From the sequence record MN794232.1: a stretch of DNA of 64,000 nucleotides; one strand, written 5' to 3'. Shown here piece after piece: positions 1 through 9,541 of this stretch. A program made the translations under genes and the position numbers. How positions within the stretch are numbered: the stretch's first letter is position 1; each line of letters starts with the position of its first letter. The notes beneath the pieces are model-generated. The model saw only the letters and a program-made list of their open reading frames with translations, was not told where the DNA came from and ran no database searches.

Positions 1-40
1 ATATTTAGACACACGATATACACATATAGGAAACGGTAAC

Positions 41-973
41 ATGAGTTTAGAGGGTTTCTTCAAACGAAAGACAAAATCGTTTGACGGCTTGCCAGCGGGG
101 GTTAATCTCGTTGACTTCAGTCAGATTGTTTTGAGTACAATCATGGCGACATACAAGCCAACTGACTTGCTTACAGTCGATTTGATTCGGCATATCGTTT
201 TGAACACGCTACGAAGTAACGTGCTTAAAAACAAGATTAAATATCCACGCATCATCTTGTGTATTGATAACGGCAAAGGCGGTTATTGGCGCAAGAAAGA
301 AGCATGGTATTACAAATTCAAGCGTAGTGAACAGCGTGACGAATCTGGTTGGGATTTTGAGACTATTTTCGATGCCATGGCACAAATCAAAGACGAAATA
401 AAGCAGAATATGCCGTATTACGTCATGGACATTGAAGGCGTTGAAGCCGATGACCATATTGGTGTGCTGACTAATTACTACGTGAGCAAAAACGTACCAG
501 TTTTGATTACTTCTTCTGACGGTGACTTTACTCAGTTGCATACAAGCAAACTTGTAAGTCAATGGTCGCCTATTCAGAAGAAGTGGGTCAAGCCAAAACA
601 TGGTTCGCCAGAAATGGACATCATGTATAAGTGCATCAAAGGCGATAAGAAAGACGGAATAGCTCCGTTGAAAGCGCCGAGCGATCACTACACGCATGGC
701 GATGGTCGACGAGCGCCTTCGGTTCGCAAAGAAGAGCTTCGCACGCTCATGACATCAACGCCAGAAGAGCTTAAAAAGCTTTTAACCGACGAGCAGTACG
801 CTCGTTATGAAGAAAACAGAAAATTGTTAGATTTTGCGTTTATCCCTGAACATATCAGTGATAGTATTATCGAACAGTTTGAAACGCAAAAGCCTGCTCC
901 TCGCAGTAAAATCATGATGTATTTCGCTTCTAAGAAGTTAGATAAGCTGATTGAGAGCATGAGCGAATTTTAA
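41..973 (+). CDS. rnh: RNase H / 5'-3' flap exonuclease
   Basis: T4 RNase H motifs: VEADDHIG, SSDGDFTQL, KGDKKDGIA. Confidence 0.95.
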   Translation: MSLEGFFKRKTKSFDGLPAGVNLVDFSQIVLSTIMATYKPTDLLTVDLIRHIVLNTLRSNVLKNKIKYPRIILCIDNGKGGYWRKKEAWYYKFKRSEQRDESGWDFETIFDAMAQIKDEIKQNMPYYVMDIEGVEADDHIGVLTNYYVSKNVPVLITSSDGDFTQLHTSKLVSQWSPIQKKWVKPKHGSPEMDIMYKCIKGDKKDGIAPLKAPSDHYTHGDGRRAPSVRKEELRTLMTSTPEELKKLLTDEQYARYEENRKLLDFAFIPEHISDSIIEQFETQKPAPRSKIMMYFASKKLDKLIESMSEF

Positions 974-980
974 AAAAAAG

Positions 981-1010
981 TGTTTAGAACGAAACGTGCT
1001 GCTGTATAAT
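981..1010 (+). promoter_or_regulatory. Class II sigma70-type promoter (TGTTTAGA ... TATAAT) for dsbA-33-59-32
   Basis: TTTAGA 983-988, 16-nt spacer, TATAAT 1005-1010; the -10 lies in the loop of a 9-bp inverted repeat (995-1003/1012-1020). Confidence 0.75.
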
Positions 1011-1056
1011 GAGCAGCACGAAACAACGACATTGAACAAAACATATTGAGGTAACG

Positions 1057-1329
1057 ATGGACATTCTTGAATACGAAACAATTTCAACTCCGCAAGACAA
1101 GCAAGAAGTAGTTAACATGGTTAAGGAAGCTTCTGCATCTTTGTTGCGTATTGATTCTGAGCGCGATCTTATCAAAGACATTGCAAACCGCGCAAAAGAA
1201 GAATTTGAGATCAAGCCTGCTGATTTCAATAAAGTTGTGAAAATGTATCACAAGCAAAACCGCCAAGAAGAACAGGCGAAGTACGAGAAGATCGACAATC
1301 TATACGAGAAGCTATTTGATGAAGAGTGA
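1057..1329 (+). CDS. dsbA: dsDNA-binding protein DsbA
   Basis: 90 aa, IKDIANRAKEEFEIKPADFNKVVKMYHKQ; T4 synteny rnh-dsbA-33-59-32; RBS GAGGT. Confidence 0.85.
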   Translation: MDILEYETISTPQDKQEVVNMVKEASASLLRIDSERDLIKDIANRAKEEFEIKPADFNKVVKMYHKQNRQEEQAKYEKIDNLYEKLFDEE

Positions 1330-1612
1330 AGACTACGTTCTTAAAGAAGAGCTTGGTGATTTAGTGCCACCTATTAAAGGTAGCCTTAGACAGCAAATCT
1401 CTCTAGAAATTGAAGAGATTTACAATAGCTGTCCCGCCATGACCTATCTTGAAGCGTGTTTATTCTTTATTGAGCAATACGATTACGACATTAGTCGCTT
1501 CCCGTATCTGATTAATCAGACGTTGCGAGACAAAATTGAGACTGAGGCGATAAATGAAAAGACTATTAGAAGTCGATTTGGTTCTGCCTCGGACTTGGGT
1601 CAATGGGTATAG
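1319..1612 (+). CDS. 33: Late transcription co-activator gp33
   Basis: Synteny; TYLEACLFFIEQ...LRDKIETEAINEKTIR resembles the gp33 core. Confidence 0.8.
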   Translation: MKSEDYVLKEELGDLVPPIKGSLRQQISLEIEEIYNSCPAMTYLEACLFFIEQYDYDISRFPYLINQTLRDKIETEAINEKTIRSRFGSASDLGQWV

Positions 1613-2204
1613 CGTATTTCGCGTCTATTGCGCTGTCAAAGCGCATATGGGTGGTAAGTACGACATCTCCAAGTACAAACTCGGGATGAAAACACCTAGA
1701 TCTGCGTTCGAGAAGCGTTCAGATAAGGTGTTTTTTGAACGGCTAGCCAAACGGCTAACATTGAACGATTGCTATCAGTTGCTTGTTAGCAACTTAGCAG
1801 CTAACCCGAACGCTATCTCATACGAGATAGCGGGTGCTGACGCTCATGAATTCTGGCTGAAACATACAGGATTTATGGAAATTTACAGTCAACACTACAA
1901 AAACGAGTTACTTTCGATTTTTACTCTTATAAATAAAGAGAATAAAAAATTCAAAGATTTGTTTAGAGGCGAAGGGCATCCAGTTATAATGCAACTCGTA
2001 TTACGAAACACTATCTCGATTGAGACGTTCGTAATTCTGAATAGACTTTTGAACTTCGTCCCTGTAATCGACAAGACATACAGTGATGACATTTTCTGGC
2101 ACGAGTTCAAGACGCGAGCTTTAGCATACGATAAGTTGCTGAAAATCGACGAAGAACTTGCGAAAGAATTGTTTATTCAAGTAAAAAATCAAAGTAAAAT
2201 ATAA
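1554..2204 (+). CDS. 59: Helicase loader gp59
   Basis: KAHMGGKYDISKY, FEKRSDKVFF, ISIETFVIL match T4 gp59. Confidence 0.92.
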   Translation: MKRLLEVDLVLPRTWVNGYSVFRVYCAVKAHMGGKYDISKYKLGMKTPRSAFEKRSDKVFFERLAKRLTLNDCYQLLVSNLAANPNAISYEIAGADAHEFWLKHTGFMEIYSQHYKNELLSIFTLINKENKKFKDLFRGEGHPVIMQLVLRNTISIETFVILNRLLNFVPVIDKTYSDDIFWHEFKTRALAYDKLLKIDEELAKELFIQVKNQSKI

Positions 2205-2205
2205 A

Positions 2206-2259
2206 ACACAATACGATACAATATCATACTATACTATACAATACAAGGTAATATACAAT
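2206..2259 (+). repeat. Tandem pentamer array in the gene 32 leader (candidate translational operator)
   Basis: ATACG ATACA ATATC ATACT ATACT ATACA ATACA at 2211-2245; nearly G-free, directly before RBS AAGGT and the ATG at 2260. Confidence 0.7.
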
Positions 2260-3171
2260 ATGTCTATGTTCAAACGCAAATCTCCAGCACAACTTCAAGA
2301 AAAACTAGAAAAAATGTCAAGCAAAAAGTCATTTGACAACGCTGACGAGTGGAAACTAACCACTGATAAACTAGGTAACGGTTCTGCGGTGATTCGCTTC
2401 CTTCCTGCAAAAGGCGAAGACGACCTACCATTCGTAAAAATCTTCACTCACGGTTTCAAAGAAAACGGCAACTGGTTCATCGAAAACTGTCCATCGACTA
2501 TCGATCTTCCTTGTCCATGTTGTGCAGCTAACGGCGAGCTTTGGAAAACTGAGAACGAAGACAATCAAAACATTGCGCGTAAACGCAAGCGTACTCTTTC
2601 ATACTGGGCTAATATCGTTGTAATCAAAGATGACGCAGCGCCAGAAAATGAAGGCAAAGTTTTCAAATACCGCTTCGGTAAGAAAATTCTTGACAAGATC
2701 ACTCAAGCTGCTCAAGCAGACGAAGATCTAGGTGTACCGGGCATGGACGTGACTTGTGTATTCGACGGTGCTAACTTCAGCTTGAAAGCTAAGAAAGTAT
2801 CTGGTTTCCCTAACTACGACGACTCTAAATTCGGCCCAAGCACTGAGCTATACGGCGGTGACGAAGCTAAACTTAAAGAAGTTTGGGATGCAATGCACGA
2901 TCTGAACGCAATCATTGCGCCTTCAGCTTTCAAATCAGAAGCTGAACTACAGAAACGCTTCTTGCAAGTGACTGGTGCGGCTCAGCCAAAAGCATCGGCT
3001 GCTCAGAATCTTGAAGCGCAACTGAACACTTCTGCACCTGCTCAAGCAAATGCTCCAAAAGCGGCTGCTAAGCCAGCGGCATCAGTAGACGTTGATCCAG
3101 AGCCAGTAACTGACTCTGTTGACGACGAGCTAGACGCACTGCTTGCTGACCTAGAGCTAGGCGACGATTAA
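2260..3171 (+). CDS. 32: ssDNA-binding protein gp32
   Basis: AVIRFLPA, HGFKENGNWFIENCPST, zinc ligands, YRFGKKI, acidic tail DDELDALLADL. Confidence 0.97.
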   Translation: MSMFKRKSPAQLQEKLEKMSSKKSFDNADEWKLTTDKLGNGSAVIRFLPAKGEDDLPFVKIFTHGFKENGNWFIENCPSTIDLPCPCCAANGELWKTENEDNQNIARKRKRTLSYWANIVVIKDDAAPENEGKVFKYRFGKKILDKITQAAQADEDLGVPGMDVTCVFDGANFSLKAKKVSGFPNYDDSKFGPSTELYGGDEAKLKEVWDAMHDLNAIIAPSAFKSEAELQKRFLQVTGAAQPKASAAQNLEAQLNTSAPAQANAPKAAAKPAASVDVDPEPVTDSVDDELDALLADLELGDD

Positions 3172-3178
3172 TGAATGG

Positions 3179-3200
3179 AAAGGGGCTTAACAGCCCCTTT
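3179..3200 (+). terminator. Intrinsic terminator after gene 32
   Basis: AAAGGGGCT-TAAC-AGCCCCTTT. Confidence 0.8.
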
Positions 3201-3221
3201 GTTCTCTCTATAGGAGATTAA

Positions 3222-3767
3222 ATGAAAGTTCAAATCGTTTTTGCACATGCTATGAGCAAATCACCACATGCCCCTTTTGGCAATCAAAACGCACTCCCTT
3301 GGAAACACAATAAAGAAGACTTAGTACGATTTAAAGCCGCGACAATGAATAGCGTGCTTGTAATGGGTTCTAAGACGTTTGAATCACTACCGGGTAAGTT
3401 GCCCCATCGTCCTCACATTGTGCTTAGTAGCAGCGATACAGCGACGGCTAGAAATGGTCAGCGTGCCGATGTTTACTGTTCGTGTGACGACTTCGGAGCG
3501 TTAATTAAGAACATCGAAAATGTTTATCTTATCGAAGGCTTTGATAAAATAAGTGTTATCGGTGGCCCTAGTGTTATCGAGTCTGCATTACCTTTTGCAG
3601 ACTGCATATATAAAACTACAATCGTTGAAGAAATTGAATCGTACGACGTTACAATTGATTTGACTAAAATATTCTGGCATTTCCCTCACAGAGTGGAATC
3701 AGAGGTCGTTGAATGTCAAAATGGCTCAACGATTTTCATTGAAAAGTTAACAAAGGGTGACTTATGA
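3222..3767 (+). CDS. frd: Dihydrofolate reductase
   Basis: FGNQNALPW, VLVMGSKTFESLP, VIGGPSV. Confidence 0.92.
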   Translation: MKVQIVFAHAMSKSPHAPFGNQNALPWKHNKEDLVRFKAATMNSVLVMGSKTFESLPGKLPHRPHIVLSSSDTATARNGQRADVYCSCDDFGALIKNIENVYLIEGFDKISVIGGPSVIESALPFADCIYKTTIVEEIESYDVTIDLTKIFWHFPHRVESEVVECQNGSTIFIEKLTKGDL

Positions 3768-4483
3768 TTTTTAAGAACAACATTGGATGGTATGCAGGGG
3801 CAGGTTCTGTACGTCATGATTTCTACATCAACGGCCCGATTGAAGAGCCAAGCGATTATGAAGAAATGCTTCAGATTCTACATACCGCGTCTGAAACGGA
3901 CTTGGTGTACTTGCACTTGAACACACCTGGCGGTAACTTTGCTGCTGCTTGTCAAATCTGTGATGCAATCATGCAATCTAAAGCGGGCGCGGTTATTGCG
4001 TGCGCTGAAGGCGAAGTATGTAGCGCAGGTACTATGATTTTCCTTGCTTGTAACGGCTGGCACGTATCGCCATTTGCAACGTTTATGTTCCACACATCTA
4101 GCGGTGGTCAAATCGGTAAAATGCCTGACACGTTGAAACAAGCTAAGGCACATGAAGAGCATCTTAACCGCGTTTGTGGTTTGCTTTACGAGCCGTTCTT
4201 CGATGCTGACGAAATCGACGAGATCATCAACCATAACCAAGACTTGTGGTTGACGCCAGACGAAGTTACTGAGCGTCTACAGCTTATGTCTAAGAAATTT
4301 GAATCAGACATGAAAGAAGCTGAAGAGAAAATTGCTGGTGACATCGAAGCTCAATTAGAAGAGCAAATTGCCGAGCGTGTTGCTGAAGAGCTTCGCAAGC
4401 TGAAAGAAGATCCTGACGACGAAGAAGTTGAAGAGATTGAAGAAAAGCCGAAGCGCAAACGCAAAACTGCGAAAAAAGCCTAG
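3764..4483 (+). CDS. ClpP/crotonase-fold serine protease-like protein
   Basis: LHLNTPGG, EGEVCSAGTMIF (catalytic Ser), FMFH (His), DLWLTPDE; acidic then basic C-tail. Confidence 0.75.
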   Translation: MIFKNNIGWYAGAGSVRHDFYINGPIEEPSDYEEMLQILHTASETDLVYLHLNTPGGNFAAACQICDAIMQSKAGAVIACAEGEVCSAGTMIFLACNGWHVSPFATFMFHTSSGGQIGKMPDTLKQAKAHEEHLNRVCGLLYEPFFDADEIDEIINHNQDLWLTPDEVTERLQLMSKKFESDMKEAEEKIAGDIEAQLEEQIAERVAEELRKLKEDPDDEEVEEIEEKPKRKRKTAKKA

Positions 4484-4503
4484 TTTAGTTTCTGTTGTAA
4501 TTT

Positions 4504-4530
4504 AAGGGGTGGCAATTTGCTGCTCCTTTC
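4504..4530 (+). terminator. Weak terminator-like hairpin before uvsX
   Basis: AAGGGGTGGCA-ATT-TGCTGCTCCTT with several G-U pairs and a short T run. Confidence 0.45.
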
Positions 4531-4549
4531 TTAGTTAAAAGGTAAAATA

Positions 4550-5650
4550 ATGTCAGATTTAATGAAATCACTGAAAAAGTCGAGCACTTCTGGTTACGCG
4601 CAAGTTCTTTCTGAAAGCCAGTTTATGTTTGACAAAGACCACACTCGTACGTATGTACCTGCGATTAACATTGCATTCAGTGGTGAAGTAGATGGTGGCT
4701 TGACTTCAGGGTTAACTGTTCTAGCGGGTCCATCTAAGCACTTTAAATCAAACTTAGGTCTAGTCGGCGTCGCTGCTTATCTGAAGAAGTACCCAGACGC
4801 AGTTTGTGTGTTCATTGATACAGAATTCGGTATTACACCGTCATATTTGCGTTCTCAAGGGGTTGACCCAGACCGTGTTCTTCATATACAATGTGAGAGC
4901 GTTGAGCGTATGAAGTTTGAAATGGCTAATCAGCTTAAAGATCTTGCAGAGCGTAAGCGTGCGAAGAAAGCGGGTGAAGAGCCAGACCGCGTTATCTTCT
5001 TCATTGACTCGGTTGGTAACGTAGCATCAGCAAAAGAAATCGACGACGCTCAAAACGAGAAGTCGGTTGCTGATATGTCACGTGCGAAGCAGTTGAAATC
5101 ATTGTTTCGTATCATCACGCCGTATTTCACAATGCTAGACATTCCTTGTATTGCGATCAACCACACGTATCAGACACAAGAAATCTACTCAAAAACTGTC
5201 ATGTCTGGTGGTACGGGTATCATGTATTCTGCTGATACGGTAATCATTCTTGGTAAGCAACAAGAAAAAGACGGCAAAGACATCATCGGTTATCACTTCA
5301 TCATGAACATCGAGAAATCGCGTTTCGTGAAAGAGAAAATGAAAGTTCCGTTGACTGTTACATACGAAAACGGTATCGACCCGTTCTCTGGTCTTCTTGA
5401 CATTGCTCTTCAGACTGGTCACGTTGTTAAGCCGTCTAACGGATGGTATCAGCGTGCGACTGTTGACGAAGAAACTGGTGAAATGATCGTCGAAGAAAAG
5501 AAATATCGCGCAAAAGAAACGCAGACTATTTCTTTCTGGAAAGACATCATCAATTCGCCTACGTTCAAAGAAGGCGTCAAGCGCATTTACTGCCTCGGTC
5601 AATTAGACGAATCTGAACTATTCGGCGAAGTTGACAGCCTATTCGACTAA
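4550..5650 (+). CDS. uvsX: RecA-like recombinase UvsX
   Basis: LAGPSKHFKS P-loop, FIDTEFG, INHTYQTQEIYSK, MSGGTGIMYSAD. Confidence 0.97.
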   Translation: MSDLMKSLKKSSTSGYAQVLSESQFMFDKDHTRTYVPAINIAFSGEVDGGLTSGLTVLAGPSKHFKSNLGLVGVAAYLKKYPDAVCVFIDTEFGITPSYLRSQGVDPDRVLHIQCESVERMKFEMANQLKDLAERKRAKKAGEEPDRVIFFIDSVGNVASAKEIDDAQNEKSVADMSRAKQLKSLFRIITPYFTMLDIPCIAINHTYQTQEIYSKTVMSGGTGIMYSADTVIILGKQQEKDGKDIIGYHFIMNIEKSRFVKEKMKVPLTVTYENGIDPFSGLLDIALQTGHVVKPSNGWYQRATVDEETGEMIVEEKKYRAKETQTISFWKDIINSPTFKEGVKRIYCLGQLDESELFGEVDSLFD

Positions 5651-5658
5651 TACCCACG

Positions 5659-5687
5659 AGACCCGTTGATTTGTCAGCGGGTCTTTT
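5659..5687 (+). terminator. Intrinsic terminator after uvsX
   Basis: AGACCCGTTGA-TTTG-TCAGCGGGTCT-TTT. Confidence 0.75.
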
Positions 5688-5709
5688 AGCCATTTGAGGA
5701 CGCCAAATT

Positions 5710-6012
5710 ATGTCACCGACTCAAGCTAGTGAAATACTGACTGAACTACAAGAACGAGTGAAATTTAGTATCATGATTGATGATATTGAAGTTTATATCA
5801 CTGATATTATAGTAGATAATAGCGGGAGACTCAAAATTGAATTTGTTACTCAACATCCAGACAAAGAAGATCAAATTCGTCCGCATGTTGAGGCATGTAT
5901 TATGAAACTTATTAGTGAAGAACAAAAACGTAACGGGGTAGAAGAACAATGCAAATCGAGAAGTCGATTTTCTCAAATCTTATCGAAAATCAAGAGTACT
6001 TTGCTACCGTAA
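5710..6012 (+). CDS. 40: Head vertex assembly chaperone gp40
   Basis: Synteny uvsX-40-41; IRPHVEACI resembles T4 gp40 LAPHVEKCI. Confidence 0.65.
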   Translation: MSPTQASEILTELQERVKFSIMIDDIEVYITDIIVDNSGRLKIEFVTQHPDKEDQIRPHVEACIMKLISEEQKRNGVEEQCKSRSRFSQILSKIKSTLLP

Positions 6013-7349
6013 TCCCGCACTTAAAGAAAGAGTATTTTCAGTCAACTGCTCATCAGCACATTTTCATGATGATTAAGAATCACGCGGATGAGTATAAACG
6101 TCGTGCAACGCCTGAAGTGCTTAAAGTATGTCTTGAATCTCTCACGGGGATTAGTGAATACGACTATGCGGAAATTCAGCAAACTATTAATGAATTAGAT
6201 CCACATCCGAGCCATGATTTGCGTTGGCTCATTGACATGACTGAACAGTTTTGTATTGAACAAAGTGTTTTCAACGCCCTGAGTGAATCATTAGCGATTC
6301 AAGAAAACGCAGCAAAGCCACTTGATCAACAAAACAAGCGTATTAAGCCGCTAGGCGCGATTCCCGAATTAATGCGTGACGCGCTCAACGTGTGTTTTGA
6401 TACGTCAGTAGGTCATGATTATTTTGAAGACTGGGAACCTCGATACAAATCATATATCGAGAAAGCAGCAAAAATCCCGTTCAAAATGAACATTCTTAAC
6501 AAGATCACTCAAGGTGGTGTTGAAAGAAGTACTCTGAATCTTCTTCTAGCGGGTTCTAACGTAGGTAAATCACTTGCATTATGTCACTTAGCGACTGAGT
6601 ATCTTCTGCAAGGCTACAACGTTCTATACATCAGTATGGAAATGAGTGAAGCGGCAGTATCGAAGCGTATTGATGCCAACTTAATGGACATCAGTATGGA
6701 CGATTTCGATACTATTACTGAAAAAACATACGGCAACAAGATTCAGAATCTTGAGAAGAAAACTCAAGGTAAGTTATTCATCAAACAGTTCCCAACTGCT
6801 GGTGCTAACGTAACTCACTTCAACACGCTCATGAACGAGCTTCGTACGAAGAAGAACGTTATTCCAGACATCGTGATTGTCGATTACTTGGGTATCTGTG
6901 CGAGTTCTCGTGTAAGCAGTTCTGAAAACACATACGTACACGTTAAAGCAATCGCTGAAGAGATTCGTGGTTTTGCTGTTGAACACAACGTAGCTGTTTG
7001 GTCGGCTGCTCAGACCACACGTAACGCATGGGATGCAAGCGACATGGGAATGGGTGACATTGCTGAATCGGCTGGTCTTGCACATACTGCTGACTTGATT
7101 CTAGGTATAATGGAAACTGAAGAAACAGTTGCACTTGGACAACAACGAGTCAAGCAGATTAAGTCGCGTTATGCCGACCGAAATCAAGATCAGACATTTA
7201 TGATTGCTGTTAATAAAGGCAAACAACGATGGGGTGATATTGATGGTACAGCGAATTATTCAGCGCCTGCTCAGTCTCAAGCGAAATCGGCGTCTCCTTT
7301 CGCGCAGAAGAAAGAATCGTCGGCAAAAGCAGAGGCGGTAAATTGGTAG
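5949..7349 (+). CDS. 41: Replicative helicase gp41
   Basis: LLLAGSNVGKSL Walker A, ISMEMSE, IVDYLGIC, SAAQTTR, DIAESAGL. Confidence 0.97.
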   Translation: MQIEKSIFSNLIENQEYFATVIPHLKKEYFQSTAHQHIFMMIKNHADEYKRRATPEVLKVCLESLTGISEYDYAEIQQTINELDPHPSHDLRWLIDMTEQFCIEQSVFNALSESLAIQENAAKPLDQQNKRIKPLGAIPELMRDALNVCFDTSVGHDYFEDWEPRYKSYIEKAAKIPFKMNILNKITQGGVERSTLNLLLAGSNVGKSLALCHLATEYLLQGYNVLYISMEMSEAAVSKRIDANLMDISMDDFDTITEKTYGNKIQNLEKKTQGKLFIKQFPTAGANVTHFNTLMNELRTKKNVIPDIVIVDYLGICASSRVSSSENTYVHVKAIAEEIRGFAVEHNVAVWSAAQTTRNAWDASDMGMGDIAESAGLAHTADLILGIMETEETVALGQQRVKQIKSRYADRNQDQTFMIAVNKGKQRWGDIDGTANYSAPAQSQAKSASPFAQKKESSAKAEAVNW

Positions 7350-7588
7350 AGATCATCGGGTCTAAGTATTGTCTGGCGTGTCGCAAATTATGTGAGACGC
7401 TAGACAAGAGAGACATTAAATACACATTTTATGACGCATTTGTTCCAAATGAACGCTATGTGATTCTTCAGAAAATTGCTGAAGACGAAGGTTATATTGC
7501 CCACCCGATAGCGTTCTACAACGGCGAATGCCTTGGCGAGGGTGTGAGCGTCTTATCTCGCATCGACAAACGGTTAGAAGAGGAATGA
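7343..7588 (+). CDS. Glutaredoxin/NrdH-like redoxin
   Basis: CLAC motif near the N-terminus, HPIAFYNGECLG; TTG start with RBS GAGG; directly before nrdD. Confidence 0.6.
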   Translation: MVEIIGSKYCLACRKLCETLDKRDIKYTFYDAFVPNERYVILQKIAEDEGYIAHPIAFYNGECLGEGVSVLSRIDKRLEEE

Positions 7589-9424
7589 ATGAAAGACGAC
7601 ATTTTAGACATTGTTAGCGGTTCGGGTAATATTAAAGAAAATGCCAATAAAGACTCGAAAGTGATCCCTACAATGCGTGACTTGGTAGCTGGTACAGTGT
7701 CGAAACAATATGCACTGGAAGAATATCTACCGAAGCACATTGCAGACGCTCATATCGACGGCGATATTCATTTTCACGACCTTGATTACAGCCCACTATT
7801 CCCACAATTCAACTGTATGCTTATCGACATCAAGGGGATGTTCGAAGGTGGGTTCAAAATGGGTAACGCTGAAATTGAAGAGCCAAATAGCATTGCGACT
7901 GCTGCTACTATCGTAACTCAGATCATTCAGCAAGTAAGCAGCCACATCTATGGCGGCAACACAATCAATCGCATCGACGAAGTGCTTGCTCCTTATGTTC
8001 GCAAGTCGTACTACAAATGGTTAGAAATCGGTCGAGAAGAACATCCAGATTCAGATTCAAAAGCCGCGATCTTTGCTCGTAAACGTGTTGAGAAAGAAAC
8101 GTATGATGCGTTTCAGACTTTTGAATACCAAGTCAATACAATGCAGACTTCAAATGGTCAGACACCATTCACGACAATCAACTTCGGTTTAGGCACGTCG
8201 TGGGAAGAGAAACTGATTCAGAAAAGCATTCTGCAAAATCGTATTGCTGGTCTAGGCAAGACTAAGAAAACTGCTATCTTCCCGAAACTTGTTTTCACGT
8301 TGAAAGACGGTGTTAACTTGAAAGAAGGTGATCCGTGCTACGGTATCAAGAAGCTTGCTCTTGAATGTGCAAGTAAACGCATGTACCCAGACATCTTGAA
8401 CTATGAAAAGCTAGTTGAAACAACTGGTGGATTTAAGTCGCCGATGGGATGTCGTTCATTCTTGGGTGATTGGAAAAATGAAGACGGTGAGACTGTATTC
8501 GACGGTCGTAATAACTTAGGTGTTGTTTCTATCAACATCCCGCGTATTGCCATCGAAGCATCGGGAGACACTGAACGTTTCTTCGAGATCTTGCACGAAC
8601 GTTGTACACTAGCTTACGAAGCGTTGATGCTGCGTATCAAGCGTTTTGACGATGTTACTGCATCAGTTGCACCGATTCTATATTGTGAAGGCGCAATGGG
8701 CGTACGCTTGAAGCCAACTGATAAAGTCAGTGAAGTGTTCAAGAACGGTCGCGCAAGTATTTCACTCGGTTACATCGGTCTGCATGAAGCTGTAACGCTG
8801 CTTTCGCCTGACAAAGACATGCATACATTCGAGTCGCAGCACAAGCAATTCCTTGCTGAAAAGATTGTTGAGACGCTTAGAGCGTACACAGACGCATGGA
8901 AAGAACTGACTGGCTATGGCTTCAGTCTATACAGCACACCAAGCGAATCGCTGTGTGACCGTTTCTGTCGTCTCGACCAAGAGAAATACGGTATCATTAC
9001 TGGTATCAACGACAAAGACTATTACACGAACTCGTTCCACTTAGATGTGTTCAAGAAAGTGAACCCGTTTGAGAAGATTGATTTCGAAGCAGCATACCCT
9101 ATGTACGCGAATGGTGGTTTCATCTGCTATGCTGAATTCCCGAACATGCGAGACAACATCAAAGGTCTAGAGCGCGTATGGGATTACGCATACACGAAAG
9201 TTGCGTACTTCGGCACAAACACGCCTATTGACCAGTGTACTTGTGGTTGGTCTGGTGAAGCACATACAGATTCGGATGGTTATTCATGTCCTGTATGTGG
9301 CGAACGCGACCCTGAAAAATTACACGTGACACGTCGTGTCTGTGGCTATCTCGGTAACCCGGGTGCTCGTGGATGGAATCACGGCAAGACTGTCGAAATG
9401 CAAAATCGAGTTAAACACTGTTAA
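7589..9424 (+). CDS. nrdD: Anaerobic ribonucleotide reductase large subunit
   Basis: HIDGDIHFHDLDY, SPMGCRSFL, YTNSFH, C-terminal CxC/CxxC and glycyl-radical motif RRVCGYLG; no intron. Confidence 0.97.
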   Translation: MKDDILDIVSGSGNIKENANKDSKVIPTMRDLVAGTVSKQYALEEYLPKHIADAHIDGDIHFHDLDYSPLFPQFNCMLIDIKGMFEGGFKMGNAEIEEPNSIATAATIVTQIIQQVSSHIYGGNTINRIDEVLAPYVRKSYYKWLEIGREEHPDSDSKAAIFARKRVEKETYDAFQTFEYQVNTMQTSNGQTPFTTINFGLGTSWEEKLIQKSILQNRIAGLGKTKKTAIFPKLVFTLKDGVNLKEGDPCYGIKKLALECASKRMYPDILNYEKLVETTGGFKSPMGCRSFLGDWKNEDGETVFDGRNNLGVVSINIPRIAIEASGDTERFFEILHERCTLAYEALMLRIKRFDDVTASVAPILYCEGAMGVRLKPTDKVSEVFKNGRASISLGYIGLHEAVTLLSPDKDMHTFESQHKQFLAEKIVETLRAYTDAWKELTGYGFSLYSTPSESLCDRFCRLDQEKYGIITGINDKDYYTNSFHLDVFKKVNPFEKIDFEAAYPMYANGGFICYAEFPNMRDNIKGLERVWDYAYTKVAYFGTNTPIDQCTCGWSGEAHTDSDGYSCPVCGERDPEKLHVTRRVCGYLGNPGARGWNHGKTVEMQNRVKHC

Positions 9425-9425
9425 G

Positions 9426-9449
9426 AAAGCGCCTTCGGGCGCTTTTTTT
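9426..9449 (+). terminator. Intrinsic terminator with cUUCGg loop
   Basis: AAAGCGCC-TTCG-GGCGCTTT plus T run. Confidence 0.9.
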
Positions 9450-9469
9450 GTTTTTGTCGAAGAAAAAGG

Positions 9470-9498
9470 TTGCAACGCGAATCAGAAGTGCGTAATAT
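9470..9498 (+). promoter_or_regulatory. Class I early promoter
   Basis: AAAAAGG-TTGCAA-17nt-TAATAT, then shared leader ...CATCGA...GAGAGAAACATTATG. Confidence 0.8.
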
Positions 9499-9541
9499 TA
9501 ACTTCATCGAGAAGACATCGACTAACAGAGAGAGAAACATT

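Noticed and set aside
1-40. TTTAGA at 4-9 as a class II promoter for rnh
   Set aside because: No acceptable -10 at 16-18 nt spacing; upstream context cut off by the window edge
9470-9541. N-terminal extensions given by the ORF track for 9470, 16466, 34305, 45971, 59725
   Set aside because: Those upstream starts fall in or upstream of promoter boxes; downstream ATGs have the conserved leader and RBS
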